Assembly (NCBI GenBank): GCA_963664225.1
Contig: OY760937.1
Span: 768,001-832,000, forward strand
Length of the DNA: 64,000 nucleotides
Reading direction: 5' to 3'
DNA from: Verrucomicrobiia bacterium
GTDB taxonomy: Bacteria; Verrucomicrobiota; Verrucomicrobiia; Limisphaerales; UBA1319
Shown here piece by piece: positions 9,612 through 19,853 of the stretch. The notes beneath the pieces were generated by a model. The model was not told where the DNA came from, did not search any database, and was given only the letters and a program-made list of their open reading frames with translations. Made by a program: the position numbers and the translations under genes. How positions within the stretch are numbered: the first letter of the stretch is position 1; every line of letters starts with the position of its first letter.

Positions 9612-10901
9612 GTGAAGATTTCGATCATCGGAACCGGTTACGTGGGGTTGGTCACGGGAACGTGCTTTGCCGAACTGGGCCACCAGGTGATTTGCGTCGA
9701 TTGCGACGAGAAGAAGGTTGCGATGCTCCGCGCCGGGGGCATGCCCATTTACGAGCCTGGCCTTGAGGAACTGGTTCAGAAGAATGTGGCGTCGGGGCGG
9801 TTAAGTTTCACGGCGAGCACGAAGGAGGGGGTGGAGCAATCCCAAGCCATTTTCATTGCGGTGCCGACACCGCCGTTGCCCGATGGCGGGGTGGATTTGA
9901 GTTTTGTGGAGGGAGTGGCGCGGGAAATTGCCACGGCCATGACCAGTTACAAGATCGTGGTGGACAAGAGCACCGTTCCGGTAAGAACCGGCGAGAAGGT
10001 GGCCGAGACGATCAAACGCTACTGCAAGAACAAGGTGGAGTTCGATGTGGTCAGCAATCCCGAATTTTTACGCGAGGGTTTCGCCGTCGGCGATTTTCTG
10101 CACCCGGATCGGGTTGTGATTGGCGTGACTTCCCAACGCCCGGTTCAGGCGATGAAGGATATTTACGGCCCCTGCGAGGCGCCGATCATCGTGACGGATA
10201 TCAATTCCGCGGAGTTGATCAAGCACGCGGCCAACTCGTTTCTGGCACTCAAGATTTCGTACATTAACGCGCTCTCCGTGATTTGCGAGCAATCCAAGGC
10301 GAATATTCAAGAGGTGGCCAATGGGATTGGCATGGACGCGCGCATTGGGCGTCAATTTTTGGATGCCTCGCTTGGCTTTGGAGGCAGTTGCTTTCCGAAG
10401 GATTTAAGCGCTTTCATCAAGATCAGCGAGCAGTTGGGTTACAATTTCGCGCTTCTTAAAGAGGTCCAGAACATCAATACCCAGCAAATGGAGCGGTTTG
10501 TCAAAAAGATCACCGACACCTTGTGGGTGGTGAAAGACAAAACGATCGGTGTGCTCGGTCTGGCGTTCAAGCAAAACACGGACGACATCCGCATGTCGCC
10601 CGCCATCGATTTGTGTGAGCGACTGCAGAAGGAAGGCGCGCGCCTGCGTGCTTACGATCCCAAGGCGATGGAGAAGGCCAAGGCGGTGCTGACCGGGGTT
10701 GAGTATGTCAATGACATGAACGCGGTGGCGGATGGCTGCGATGCCCTGGTGATTGCGACCGAGTGGCCTGAGTTTAAGAAGCTGGATCTGGACAGAGCGC
10801 GCAGGAAGATGACGCATCCGATTCTTTTCGACGGCCGCAATCTGTTCGATGCTCCCGAGATGGAGCGGCTTGGCTTCATTTATAAATCGATCGGTCGTTA
10901 A
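9612..10901 (+). CDS. ugd: UDP-glucose 6-dehydrogenase
   Basis: GTGYVGL, SNPEFLREG, GFGGSCFPKD. Confidence 0.93.
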   Translation: MKISIIGTGYVGLVTGTCFAELGHQVICVDCDEKKVAMLRAGGMPIYEPGLEELVQKNVASGRLSFTASTKEGVEQSQAIFIAVPTPPLPDGGVDLSFVEGVAREIATAMTSYKIVVDKSTVPVRTGEKVAETIKRYCKNKVEFDVVSNPEFLREGFAVGDFLHPDRVVIGVTSQRPVQAMKDIYGPCEAPIIVTDINSAELIKHAANSFLALKISYINALSVICEQSKANIQEVANGIGMDARIGRQFLDASLGFGGSCFPKDLSAFIKISEQLGYNFALLKEVQNINTQQMERFVKKITDTLWVVKDKTIGVLGLAFKQNTDDIRMSPAIDLCERLQKEGARLRAYDPKAMEKAKAVLTGVEYVNDMNAVADGCDALVIATEWPEFKKLDLDRARRKMTHPILFDGRNLFDAPEMERLGFIYKSIGR

Positions 10902-10905
10902 CCGG

Positions 10906-11316
10906 ATGAAGCCGGTCGAAGTTTCCGCAGGGCTTGTCTTTCGTGGCGGCAAGCTGCTCATCACCCAACGGCGTCCGGGAGATCATCTGGGCGGATTGTG
11001 GGAATTTCCAGGAGGCAAGCGCGAACCGGGTGAGACTTTCGAGCAATGCCTGATTCGTGAATTGAGAGAGGAATTGGGGATCGACGTGGAGGTTTTGGGA
11101 CATCTGGAATCGGTAACGCACGAATATCCTGAGAAGACGGTACGGCTTGAGTTTTTCCGATGTTCCTGGCTGCGCGATGAACCGCGCGCCCTTGGCTGTC
11201 ATGACTTTGCTTGGGTCGAGGCAGGGGATTTAATGCGGTATGTCTTCCCGCCCGCGGATGCGCGCCTGCTCGATCGACTCATTCAGACGCCGGATTTGTG
11301 GCTCGAAAAGAAATGA
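10906..11316 (+). CDS. mutT: 8-oxo-dGTP diphosphatase (MutT/Nudix)
   Basis: WEFPGGKREPGE...RELREELG Nudix box; FPPAD. Confidence 0.85.
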   Translation: MKPVEVSAGLVFRGGKLLITQRRPGDHLGGLWEFPGGKREPGETFEQCLIRELREELGIDVEVLGHLESVTHEYPEKTVRLEFFRCSWLRDEPRALGCHDFAWVEAGDLMRYVFPPADARLLDRLIQTPDLWLEKK

Positions 11317-11350
11317 AAAACCGTCGTGCATAAGTCATGTTGATTGCACG

Positions 11351-11998
11351 ATGGGAAACATTGATCAGACTTTTGTAGATTTGCTCGCTGAAGTGCGTGC
11401 CTGCAACCGGTGCGCGGATTTTCTTCCCAATCCTCCGAAACCCATTTTGCGCGGTCTGCCGTCGGCGAGATTATTGATTGTGGGACAGGCCCCGGGTCGC
11501 CGGGTTCATGAGACGGGGATTCCCTGGAACGATCCATCCGGGGATCGACTCAGGCGCTGGCTGGGGATGAGTCGCGAGGAGTTTTACGATGAGTCGCGGA
11601 TTGCGATCATCCCGGCGGGGTTGTGTTATCCCGGCACGAAGAACGGAGGCGACCTGCCGCCACGTCCCGAGTGCGCGCCTTTGTGGCATCCCCGATTGCG
11701 CGCTGTTCTTACGCAGATTCAATTGACGCTGTTGATTGGCCGATATGCCCAAGCCTGGTATTTGGGCTGCCTGGCGAAGCCGACGCTTGCGGAGACTGTG
11801 CGGAGTGGCCGGGAGTATGCGCCGGACTTTATTCCATTGCCGCATCCCAGTCCGCGCAATGTCCGCTGGTTTAAAACGCATCCGTGGTTCGATGCGGAAG
11901 TCGTGCCTGAGTTGCGAAAAAGGGTGCGCGCGCTCCTGGACGGACAGATGCCGCAGATGGATGCAGATGGGATTGGGAGAACCGCTAATTGGCACTGA
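11351..11998 (+). CDS. Uracil-DNA glycosylase family protein
   Basis: CNRC, GQAPG, PWNDPSG, LPHPSPRN. Confidence 0.85.
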   Translation: MGNIDQTFVDLLAEVRACNRCADFLPNPPKPILRGLPSARLLIVGQAPGRRVHETGIPWNDPSGDRLRRWLGMSREEFYDESRIAIIPAGLCYPGTKNGGDLPPRPECAPLWHPRLRAVLTQIQLTLLIGRYAQAWYLGCLAKPTLAETVRSGREYAPDFIPLPHPSPRNVRWFKTHPWFDAEVVPELRKRVRALLDGQMPQMDADGIGRTANWH

Positions 11999-12174
11999 TA
12001 AACGGATACGGATGGGAATTCCGAAGTATTTTGTTATGCGAATGATTGGATGGTTTGGGAGGTGGCCGCCGCGCGGGGTGGCTGGGGGGCAGAATTTTAC
12101 ATGGATAGTCAGGATGGACAGGATTTTTGACCACGGATATGACGGATGGCACGGATGGGGAAATTAATTTCGAG
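11944..12174 (+). repeat. Cluster of modular 9-nt-period repeats
   Basis: CGCAGAT, CGCTAAT, CAGGAT and CACGGAT triplet modules, also at 13697-14004, 15285-15535, 33320-33397 and 59805-59867. Confidence 0.75.
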
Positions 12175-12245
12175 ACCGTAAGCAGGAGATTGTTTTACAT
12201 CTTTATTCAACTTTCTGAAGAAATTTGTTGCGCGGCCGGCGGAAT

Positions 12246-13607
12246 TTAGGTGGCGGTTTCGACCGCTTCATCCTGGATGTAGGTTTTTTCCTTGTAGAAC
12301 AGGGCGGCAAAGACAAAGAGGATCGATGTCAAAAGCATGGTGGCTGCAAAGAAGAGGTAATAATTGACGCCCGACAGTTTGCTCGTGCCGTCCGGATTTT
12401 GAATGAGGTAGTTGATGGCGGCGGTAAAGGCGTTTCCCAGAGAAATGGAGAGCAGATAGAAAGACATCATGAAGGACTTCATTTTCTTCGGCGCCTGGGT
12501 GTAGGAGAATTCCAGGCAGGTGATGGAGACCATGATTTCCGCGGCTGTGATGATGGCGTAATCGAGGAATTGCCATCCGATGCTGGGCTGTGCGCCCGAG
12601 GCAATGCGGCTTTCGATCCAGGCGGGGATGACGAAAGTGGGCACGGTTAGGAACAGGCCAATGCCAATTTTTCTGAGCGGAGTCAGTGGAAAGAGGCGGT
12701 TCATGGCAGGATAGATCCAGTACGAAAAAACCGGGATGAAGAGGAGGATCATCAGCGGGTTCAAGGCCTGAATTTGAGAGGGGAGCCAGGTGATGCCCAG
12801 GAAATGGCAGTTCATTTTTTCGGCCTGCAACACCCAGGATGAGCCGGTTTGGTTCCAGAGCGCCCAAAACATGGCCACAAAGACGTAGATGCCGCTCAAT
12901 TTTAGGATGCATTGCAGGCCAGTGCGGCTGAATGCCTCCCGGACGAATGCCATGCCGGTGGGCGGAATACGGACGAAGCGCCGACGGCCCAGCCACATCA
13001 CGACGACCGCGGCGATCATGAAGATTCCCGGAACGCCGAAGGCCGCCCTGGGACCGTAATTAACCAGCAGCCAGGGGGTCAGAAGGGTGGAAAAGAAGGA
13101 TCCAAAGTTGACCGCAAAGTAAAACCAGCCAAATACGCGTGATAACAAATGCTGGTTGGAGGGGCCGAATTGATCGCCCACAAGCGCGGAAACGCATGGT
13201 TTAATGCCGCCCGATCCAATGGCAATCAACGCCAGGCCAACAATCAGTCCGAGCCGGGTTTGATCTGCCGCCAATGTAAGCGACCCAAGACAATACACGA
13301 TGGAAAGGGAGATGATGACAGGGTATTTGCCCCAGAGGGCGTCGGCAAAAATGGCGCCGAAAATAGGCAGGAAATAGACCGCGGAGACGAAGAGGTGGAA
13401 CCACGACTTGGCCTGTTCGGGATGCATGACGGCCAATTGGCCATTGGGGCCGAGCAGGTATTGAGTCATGAACACCGTAAGAATGGTGTTCATTCCATAA
13501 AAACAAAACCGTTCGGCGGCTTCGTTGCCGATGATGAAGGGTATGCCGCCCGGCATGCCTGTGGATGTTGCCGGAGCAGTGCGGTAGTTGAGATTGGGAG
13601 CGGCCAT
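12246..13607 (-). CDS. POT/PTR proton-dependent oligopeptide transporter
   Basis: ExxERFxxYG motif ([10 protein letters not shown]), GSGGIKP, multiple TM helices. Confidence 0.93.
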   Translation of the reverse strand: MAAPNLNYRTAPATSTGMPGGIPFIIGNEAAERFCFYGMNTILTVFMTQYLLGPNGQLAVMHPEQAKSWFHLFVSAVYFLPIFGAIFADALWGKYPVIISLSIVYCLGSLTLAADQTRLGLIVGLALIAIGSGGIKPCVSALVGDQFGPSNQHLLSRVFGWFYFAVNFGSFFSTLLTPWLLVNYGPRAAFGVPGIFMIAAVVVMWLGRRRFVRIPPTGMAFVREAFSRTGLQCILKLSGIYVFVAMFWALWNQTGSSWVLQAEKMNCHFLGITWLPSQIQALNPLMILLFIPVFSYWIYPAMNRLFPLTPLRKIGIGLFLTVPTFVIPAWIESRIASGAQPSIGWQFLDYAIITAAEIMVSITCLEFSYTQAPKKMKSFMMSFYLLSISLGNAFTAAINYLIQNPDGTSKLSGVNYYLFFAATMLLTSILFVFAALFYKEKTYIQDEAVETAT

Positions 13608-13791
13608 AAGTTCGCGGCTTATATATCACCATGAATGCATTTCAATCAAGCGTATTACCAATCGGGGGCGGGACATGGATGTGGCGAAGAGGAATTAACA
13701 TGGATAGTCAGGATGGACAGGATTGGGAAATGGCGGAGGGGACAACCACAGGCAGGGAGTGGAGAATAACGGGTTATAAACATGGATGGAC

Positions 13792-14004
13792 AGGATAAAC
13801 AGGATGGGGAGTGGATAAGCCAGGGAAATCCGCAGATGCCGTAGAGCGACGCAGATGGGATAGGGAGAACCGCTAATTGGCACTGATAACCGCTAATACG
13901 GATGGGGAGGAAATGGATCATTGACCAGCCAACATCGAACGTGCAATCGGACGGAGAATTTAACCACATAGAACGGGTGGATCACAGAGAAGGAATCGGA
14001 AGAA
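13792..14004 (+). repeat. 213-bp direct repeat, copy 1 (abuts IS3 left end)
   Basis: Matches 15285-15497 with 3 substitutions. Confidence 0.9.
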
Positions 14005-14046
14005 TGGGCTTGCTTCGATAAATCGGACACAGAAGACACATATAGG

Positions 14047-14889
14047 TTATTTGGATATATTTTCAAAGTCAACAGGAGACATGTAATTGAGTGTGCTGTG
14101 TAAACGCTGTCGATTATAGAAGGTCTCGATGTAATCAAAGATGGCCTGTCGGGCCTGGGCTCGGGTCGCAAAGACCCGGCGATAAACCAGTTCTTGTTTA
14201 AGGGTGCTCCAAAAGGATTCCATGGCCGCGTTGTCATAGCAGTTGCCACTGCGGCTCATGCTCGCCAGGGCACCGGAGGTTTCCATCGCCCGGCGATAAT
14301 CCTGACTGGCATACTGGACTCCCCGGTCTGAATGAAAGAGCAATCCGGGTTCGGGTTGCCGCTGAATGCAGGCCATGTTCCAGGCCGACAGGACCAGTTC
14401 GGTGTCAATGTGCTCGCTCATGCCCCAACCCACGATGCGGCGGCTGTAAAGGTCTTCAATGCCAGCGAGATAGAGCCAGCCTTCATCGGTGGCAATGTAG
14501 GTGATGTCCCCGACCCAAGTCTGATTGCGTTGGTCCGGTGGCGCGGCTTGAGCCAGCCGGTTGGGGGCAATGGGCTGATCATGATTGCTGTCGGTGGTTC
14601 GGACCTTGAAACGCTTTTTAGAACGCGCCTGCAGGCCTTCCTGGCGCATTAAACGGGCGATGTGGTTGCGACCATGGCAGTGCCCCTGGTGCTTCAAGGC
14701 GATCTGGATGCGCGGGCTGCCATAGGTTTTGCGGCTGCCATTGAAAATCGTTGTGATGGTCCCTTTCAATACGGCGTCCTGACGGGCACGCAACGAAGGC
14801 TGGATTTGCCGTCGGCACCAATCATAGTAGCCGCTAAAAGACACATCAAAGGCCTCACAGAGCAGGCGGATGGGATGATCGACTTTCAT
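14047..14889 (-). CDS. IS3 transposase OrfB (DDE integrase core)
   Basis: WVGDITY, HSDRGVQY, DNAAMESF. Confidence 0.95.
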   Translation of the reverse strand: MKVDHPIRLLCEAFDVSFSGYYDWCRRQIQPSLRARQDAVLKGTITTIFNGSRKTYGSPRIQIALKHQGHCHGRNHIARLMRQEGLQARSKKRFKVRTTDSNHDQPIAPNRLAQAAPPDQRNQTWVGDITYIATDEGWLYLAGIEDLYSRRIVGWGMSEHIDTELVLSAWNMACIQRQPEPGLLFHSDRGVQYASQDYRRAMETSGALASMSRSGNCYDNAAMESFWSTLKQELVYRRVFATRAQARQAIFDYIETFYNRQRLHSTLNYMSPVDFENISK

Positions 14890-15239
14890 CGCTTCAACCC
14901 GTTGATAGCGTTGCTCTGGGGGTCCGAAAGAATTCCCAACGTTTTTTTTAGAATCTCCCGCTGCTGGCGCACATAGTCCAGTTCGCGCAACAAAGCGGCA
15001 TTGTCGGCCAGCAACTGCTCACGGGTCTTTGTTTCGGCTCCTTCCCCTGTTGGCAGCGGAACATATTTTGCGCGCCAGGCATAGAGTCGCTCCATTTTTA
15101 TCCCCAGTTCAGCCGCCACGGTGGAGGCCGATTTCCCGCTGGATTTCCAGAGGTTCACGGCTTCCTGCTTAAATGCAGAATCATACTTCGGATGAGTCTT
15201 GGAATCGGGAATCACAGATTGCTTCATACGGTTTTTCAT
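14886..15239 (-). CDS. IS3 transposase OrfA (HTH)
   Basis: KYDSAFKQEAV...VAAELGI; A-run near 14942-14949 as candidate -1 frameshift site. Confidence 0.9.
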   Translation of the reverse strand: MKNRMKQSVIPDSKTHPKYDSAFKQEAVNLWKSSGKSASTVAAELGIKMERLYAWRAKYVPLPTGEGAETKTREQLLADNAALLRELDYVRQQREILKKTLGILSDPQSNAINGLKR

Positions 15240-15284
15240 TAAGTTTCGCTCCGCTCCTGTGTCCGTCAAATCGAAGCAACCTCA

Positions 15285-15497
15285 AGGATAAACAGGATGG
15301 GGAGTGGATAAGCCAGGGAAATCCGCAGATGCCGAAGAGCGACGCAGATGGGATAGGGAGAACCGCTAATTGGCACTGATAAACGCTAATACGGATGGGG
15401 AGGAAATGGATCATTGACCAGCCAACATCGAACGTCCAATCGGACGGAGAATTTAACCACATAGAACGGGTGGATCACAGAGAAGGAATCGGAAGAA
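15285..15497 (+). repeat. 213-bp direct repeat, copy 2 (abuts IS3 right end)
   Basis: Matches 13792-14004. Confidence 0.9.
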
Positions 15498-15590
15498 TAA
15501 TCCACATGGATGGGAAGGATGGACAGGATGGGGAAATGGGAAGTATGGATAATTGAGGGGCGGTTTGAAGTGGAAAAAGAGAGCCGTATT

Positions 15591-17027
15591 GGGGCTGTAA
15601 AAATAATTGTGTAAGTGGCCTGAGAGAGATGAAAGGATTAACGACATGGCCATTACCGATGAAGTGCTAAACGAACTGCTTAAGGATTATCAGAAGCCCG
15701 AGGATTTATTGGGCAAGGATGGGATCTTCAAGCAACTGCAGAAGCGGTTGCTGGAGAAGGCGATGAGTGCGGAATTGACGGTGCATTTGGGTTACGACAA
15801 GCATGACCCGGCGGGCCGCAACTCGGGCAACTCGCGCAACGGCACCAGTCCCAAGACCCTCAAGGGAGAGTTTGGTCACCTGGAGCTGGCGACGCCCCGG
15901 GATCGCAATGGAACCTTTGAGCCGCTGATCGTGGCCAAGGGGCAACGCCGGTTCGAGGGATTTGACCAAGCGATCCTCAGTCTGTATTCGCGTGGCATGA
16001 CGACGCGGGAGATTGAAGGGCACCTGTTGGACATATACGGGGTGGAGGTGTCGCCGACTCTGGTCTCGCAAGTGACCGAGGCGGTGTGCGCCGATGTGAA
16101 GGTCTGGCAGGACCGACCATTGGAGGAAGTTTACCCCATTGTCTATTTTGATGCGCTCTGGGGCAAGGTGCGGCAGGACGGTCAGGTGGCCAAGGTGGCG
16201 GTGTATCTGGCGCTGGGGATCACGATGACCGGGCAGAAGGAGGTTCTGGGCATGTGGGCGGCTCACAGTGAGGGGGCCAAGTTTTGGCTGCATGTGCTGA
16301 CGGAGCTTAAAAACCGGGGAGTAAAGGACATCTTTATTGGCTGCGTGGATGGGATTAAAGGCTTCCCTGAAGCGATGGAAACGGTCTTTCCGGCGACCCA
16401 GGTGCAGCTCTGCCTGGTGCACATGGTGCGTAATTCGCTCAGCTACGTGGGATGGAAGGAGCGCAAAGCGGTGGCCGCCGATTTGAAGGCGATTTATCGG
16501 GCGGCGACGGTGGCCCAGGCCGAGCAGGCGCTGGAGGCTTTTGCCCAAAAGTGGGACAAAAAATACCCGTCGATCAGCAAGAGCTGGCGGGCGCACTGGC
16601 CGGAACTGATCACGTTTTTGAAGTATCCTGAAGAGATCCGCAAAGCCATTTATACGACCAATGCGATTGAGTCGGTGAACCGATCGCTATGTAAAATCAC
16701 CAAGAATCGGGGCGTTTTTCCAAACGAGGAATCCCTGCTCAAACTCTATTATCTGGCGCTGGAACGGGCGGCCAAAAAGTGGACCATGCCCATCCACAAT
16801 TGGGGCCAGGCGCTGAACCGATTTGCCATTGAATTTGGGGACCGGATGCCCCAGTTGGCTTGAGCCGCCATGAAAACTGGATACGCAAGCCCATTTAACC
16901 GCAGGGGGCGCGAGCTAAGGCTCAAGGCTCGCCCCCTGCTGGTTCTATCTCGCTGCGAAAACGCAGGGAGTCATAACAACAAAAAACAAAACTAAAAAAT
17001 CACTTACACAGTTTTCTTTACAAAACC
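15591..17027 (+). mobile_element. IS256-family insertion sequence
   Basis: 27-bp imperfect TIRs ending TGTGTAAGTG; 8-bp TSD GCCGTATT at 15583-15590 and 17028-17035. Confidence 0.93.
15646..16863 (+). CDS. IS256 (Mutator-like) transposase
   Basis: PRDRNGTFEP, VYFDA, QLCLVHMVRN, YTTNAIESVN. Confidence 0.95.
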   Translation: MAITDEVLNELLKDYQKPEDLLGKDGIFKQLQKRLLEKAMSAELTVHLGYDKHDPAGRNSGNSRNGTSPKTLKGEFGHLELATPRDRNGTFEPLIVAKGQRRFEGFDQAILSLYSRGMTTREIEGHLLDIYGVEVSPTLVSQVTEAVCADVKVWQDRPLEEVYPIVYFDALWGKVRQDGQVAKVAVYLALGITMTGQKEVLGMWAAHSEGAKFWLHVLTELKNRGVKDIFIGCVDGIKGFPEAMETVFPATQVQLCLVHMVRNSLSYVGWKERKAVAADLKAIYRAATVAQAEQALEAFAQKWDKKYPSISKSWRAHWPELITFLKYPEEIRKAIYTTNAIESVNRSLCKITKNRGVFPNEESLLKLYYLALERAAKKWTMPIHNWGQALNRFAIEFGDRMPQLA

Positions 17028-17104
17028 GCCGTATTGCGAGTTCTGGGTTTATTGCACGGTTTGTGCCCCACGAAACAAGGTGTGCTCCGTGAGGTGCATA
17101 CGGT

Positions 17105-17626
17105 TTATCTGACCATAAACTCAGCAGGGAGATGCCGCCAGATGAACATGAAGCCCGAGGCGAAATCCGAGGGTTTTTCCTGAATCCAACGGGTGATCTG
17201 AGCTGGCATGAACCAATCACCGCGCTCGATCTCCTGCGGATGCAGATGAAACGGTCCTTCGTGGATGGCGTGGTAAACCCTGACGAATTCGCAGCCTGTT
17301 TCGCTGCAGGCGGAGATTTTAAAAAGGAACCTGGGTGTTGCAGGCAGCACGATGCCCAACTCCTCTAATACCTCGCGAAGAGCGCATGCGTCGTATGTTT
17401 CACCGGTATCCAGATGACCGGACGCGGAGGAATCCCAAACCCCGGGAAAAGTGTCCTTCGATTGTGACCTTTTTTGCAGGAAGACCTGTCCCCGCGCATT
17501 TGAGATCAAGACATGGACGGCCCGATGTTTAAGCCCCAGGCGATGGACCTCGGAGCGGGGTTTCTGCCCGATGACCTCGTCGTTCTCGTTGACGACATCA
17601 AATATTTCCGCAGAGCAGTCGTTCAT
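17105..17626 (-). CDS. Nudix hydrolase (Idi/YfcD-like)
   Basis: HRAVHV, LQKRS, SASGH, REVLEELG. Confidence 0.85.
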   Translation of the reverse strand: MNDCSAEIFDVVNENDEVIGQKPRSEVHRLGLKHRAVHVLISNARGQVFLQKRSQSKDTFPGVWDSSASGHLDTGETYDACALREVLEELGIVLPATPRFLFKISACSETGCEFVRVYHAIHEGPFHLHPQEIERGDWFMPAQITRWIQEKPSDFASGFMFIWRHLPAEFMVR

Positions 17627-18450
17627 TTTAGGGACAAAGTTTTTGCAAGTTGCACGAATTGTTCGAGACGAACCGTTTCGGCGCGGGCTTGCAGGGGAAT
17701 CTCCGCCTGTGAAAAAGCGGCGCTTAATTCGGCTTCCGAGGCCATATTCTTGAGCAGTTTAAACATGACCTTGCGCCGCTGGGAAAAACTTTGACGGACT
17801 ATTTTCCCATACATTGGCTCCAGTGCGGGAGGCAGCAACGGGTCCGCGCGGCGTTCCAGGATGACGCAAGCAGAGTCAACGTCCGGTTCCGGAAAGAAAC
17901 ACGATGCGGGAACCTTGAAGGCGCCCAGCGGTTGATAACGCAATTGCACCAGGAGCGATAAGAGGCCGTAATTGGGGTCATCGGCGTGGGCGCGCAGACG
18001 CAGGGCCACTTCCTTCTGCAAGGTGGTCACAATGCGCCGCGGCCCATTGGCATCCATGGCCAGGGAGACAATCAAGCGGGATGCGACGGAGTAGGGGAGA
18101 TTGGACACGAGTTTGTAAGCGGACCAATCGCGCCCGGGTTGCATGAGGTATTCCAAGGCGTCCGCATGAACCAATTCAAAGTTTTTCGAATCCGCAAAGC
18201 GTTTCGCCAGGATTTCGCAGAGGCGACCATCTTTTTCGACGGCCAGCACACGACTGGATTTTTCGATGAGCAGTTCCGTCAATGGTCCCAGGCCGGGACC
18301 GACCTCCAGCACGGGGTCGGATGGCTCCAACGCGGCCGCATCGACAATGCGACGCAACTGGTTGCCATCATGCATGAAATTCTGACCAAGTGATTTGGTC
18401 AGTTGAATCCGGTTTTCGACCAGGATTTGTTTTATGTCGCTCAGTTTCAA
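17623..18450 (-). CDS. rsmA: 16S rRNA m6(2)A dimethyltransferase
   Basis: KSLGQNF, EVGPGLG, NLPY, FFPEPDVDS. Confidence 0.95.
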   Translation of the reverse strand: MKLSDIKQILVENRIQLTKSLGQNFMHDGNQLRRIVDAAALEPSDPVLEVGPGLGPLTELLIEKSSRVLAVEKDGRLCEILAKRFADSKNFELVHADALEYLMQPGRDWSAYKLVSNLPYSVASRLIVSLAMDANGPRRIVTTLQKEVALRLRAHADDPNYGLLSLLVQLRYQPLGAFKVPASCFFPEPDVDSACVILERRADPLLPPALEPMYGKIVRQSFSQRRKVMFKLLKNMASEAELSAAFSQAEIPLQARAETVRLEQFVQLAKTLSLK

Positions 18451-18470
18451 TGGGTGCGCATCAGCGGCTA

Positions 18471-19850
18471 TTAAGTTCGCATTTTAACAGCCAACAGAAG
18501 TCCGAGACACTGCACGCAGTCGCGCAACTGTGCCAGAGAAATTGTCAGGGGGGGTGTGAAGCTGACGATGTTACCGTGTTCGCCTTCTGGAAGCAGCAGA
18601 TAGCCGTGGCGGAGCAAATCCTTGATGATTTTCATGGTCAGCGAGGTGGCGGGCAGGCCATTGGGCATTCGAATTTCCAGCCCTGCCATCAAGCCCAGAC
18701 CGCGCGCTTGGAGATGACCGGGAAAGCCCGGTTCCAGGTGTTTCAGGAGGTCCAACAACGTCAGACCAAGGCGCGCGCTGCGTTCGACCAAGTTGCGATT
18801 GGCGATTTCGGCGATCTGGGCCAGGGCCATGGCGCAGCCCACAGGGTGACCCAGGAAGGTGCTTGTGTGCAGGGCTTCGCCATTGGAAGGAGGCCAGGCG
18901 CGGTCCATGATGTCAGCCCGGCCAACGCAGGCGGAAAGAGGGAAACCGCCTGTGAGGGCTTTGCCCAGGCAAATAAGGTCAGGAATGGTCTGGGCATGCT
19001 CGCAAGCAAACCACCGGCCCGTCCGACCAAAGCCGGTATAAATCTCATCGGCCACGAGCAGCAGGCCGTATTCGTTGCAAATCTCGCGCAATTTTGGAAG
19101 AAACGCAGGAGGGGGAATGTTGATTCCGCCACGGCCTTGAACTGGCTCGACCAGGATGGCTCCAATGGGCTGTTTTCGGAGAATTCGCCGGATGGCCGAT
19201 TCGGTTTGCACAAGGTCGAACTCGTTTTGCGGGAACGGCACAAAATGACCGAATTCACGAATCTGCGAGGCAAACGGGGTTCTGAAATACTCGCGATTTG
19301 TGACATTCAGCGCGCCATAACCCAGACCGTGATAGGCTTTCTCAAAAGCAATGACGCCGGGTTTGCCGGTGGCCAGGAGCGCGGTTTTTAAGGCGGCTTC
19401 GACGGCCTCGAATCCCGAGTTGCAGAAGATGGTTTTGCCGGTGAGCAGTTTGTTTGCGGCATCCTTGTTGAATGAGCTCCAACGTTCAAAGGTGATGCGG
19501 CTTAATTCGCGCGCCAGTTGGGCCTTAAGCGCGTGGGGATGGACATCGCCCATGGCATGCAAAAGAATTTGCATCTGGCGCTGGCCGCTTTTGACCACGC
19601 GGGGATTTGCATGACCGGCGGCAGCCACGCCAAAGGCCGCCGTCATATCGAGGTATTGCGTGCCGTCTTCGTCCCAAACGTGAACGCCCCGCGCCTTTTT
19701 CCAAACCACGGGCCACGAGCCATCCGGATCGATGTGGGTCACGTTGCGCGATTCGTATTGGCGGAGCAAGTCCAGGGTTTTGGACGAGACTTTTTTAAGA
19801 GAGGCCTTCTTCTTTATAGGGAGATGGGATGAGGCAGGGATTCGATGCAT
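18471..19850 (-). CDS. Class III PLP-dependent aminotransferase
   Basis: EPVQGRGG, ADEIYTGFGRTG, LGKALTGG. Confidence 0.9.
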   Translation of the reverse strand: MHRIPASSHLPIKKKASLKKVSSKTLDLLRQYESRNVTHIDPDGSWPVVWKKARGVHVWDEDGTQYLDMTAAFGVAAAGHANPRVVKSGQRQMQILLHAMGDVHPHALKAQLARELSRITFERWSSFNKDAANKLLTGKTIFCNSGFEAVEAALKTALLATGKPGVIAFEKAYHGLGYGALNVTNREYFRTPFASQIREFGHFVPFPQNEFDLVQTESAIRRILRKQPIGAILVEPVQGRGGINIPPPAFLPKLREICNEYGLLLVADEIYTGFGRTGRWFACEHAQTIPDLICLGKALTGGFPLSACVGRADIMDRAWPPSNGEALHTSTFLGHPVGCAMALAQIAEIANRNLVERSARLGLTLLDLLKHLEPGFPGHLQARGLGLMAGLEIRMPNGLPATSLTMKIIKDLLRHGYLLLPEGEHGNIVSFTPPLTISLAQLRDCVQCLGLLLAVKMRT

Positions 19851-19853
19851 GGG

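Larger units (their letters stand above)
14005..15284 (-). mobile_element. IS3-family insertion sequence
   Basis: TG...CA ends; imperfect TIR TGGGCTTGCTTCGATAAATCGGACACAG vs TGAGGTTGCTTCGATTTGACGGACACAG; orfA/orfB. Confidence 0.92.

Noticed and set aside
11944..15535. CRISPR array
   Set aside because: Repeats are degenerate, with no constant repeat-spacer period and no cas genes.
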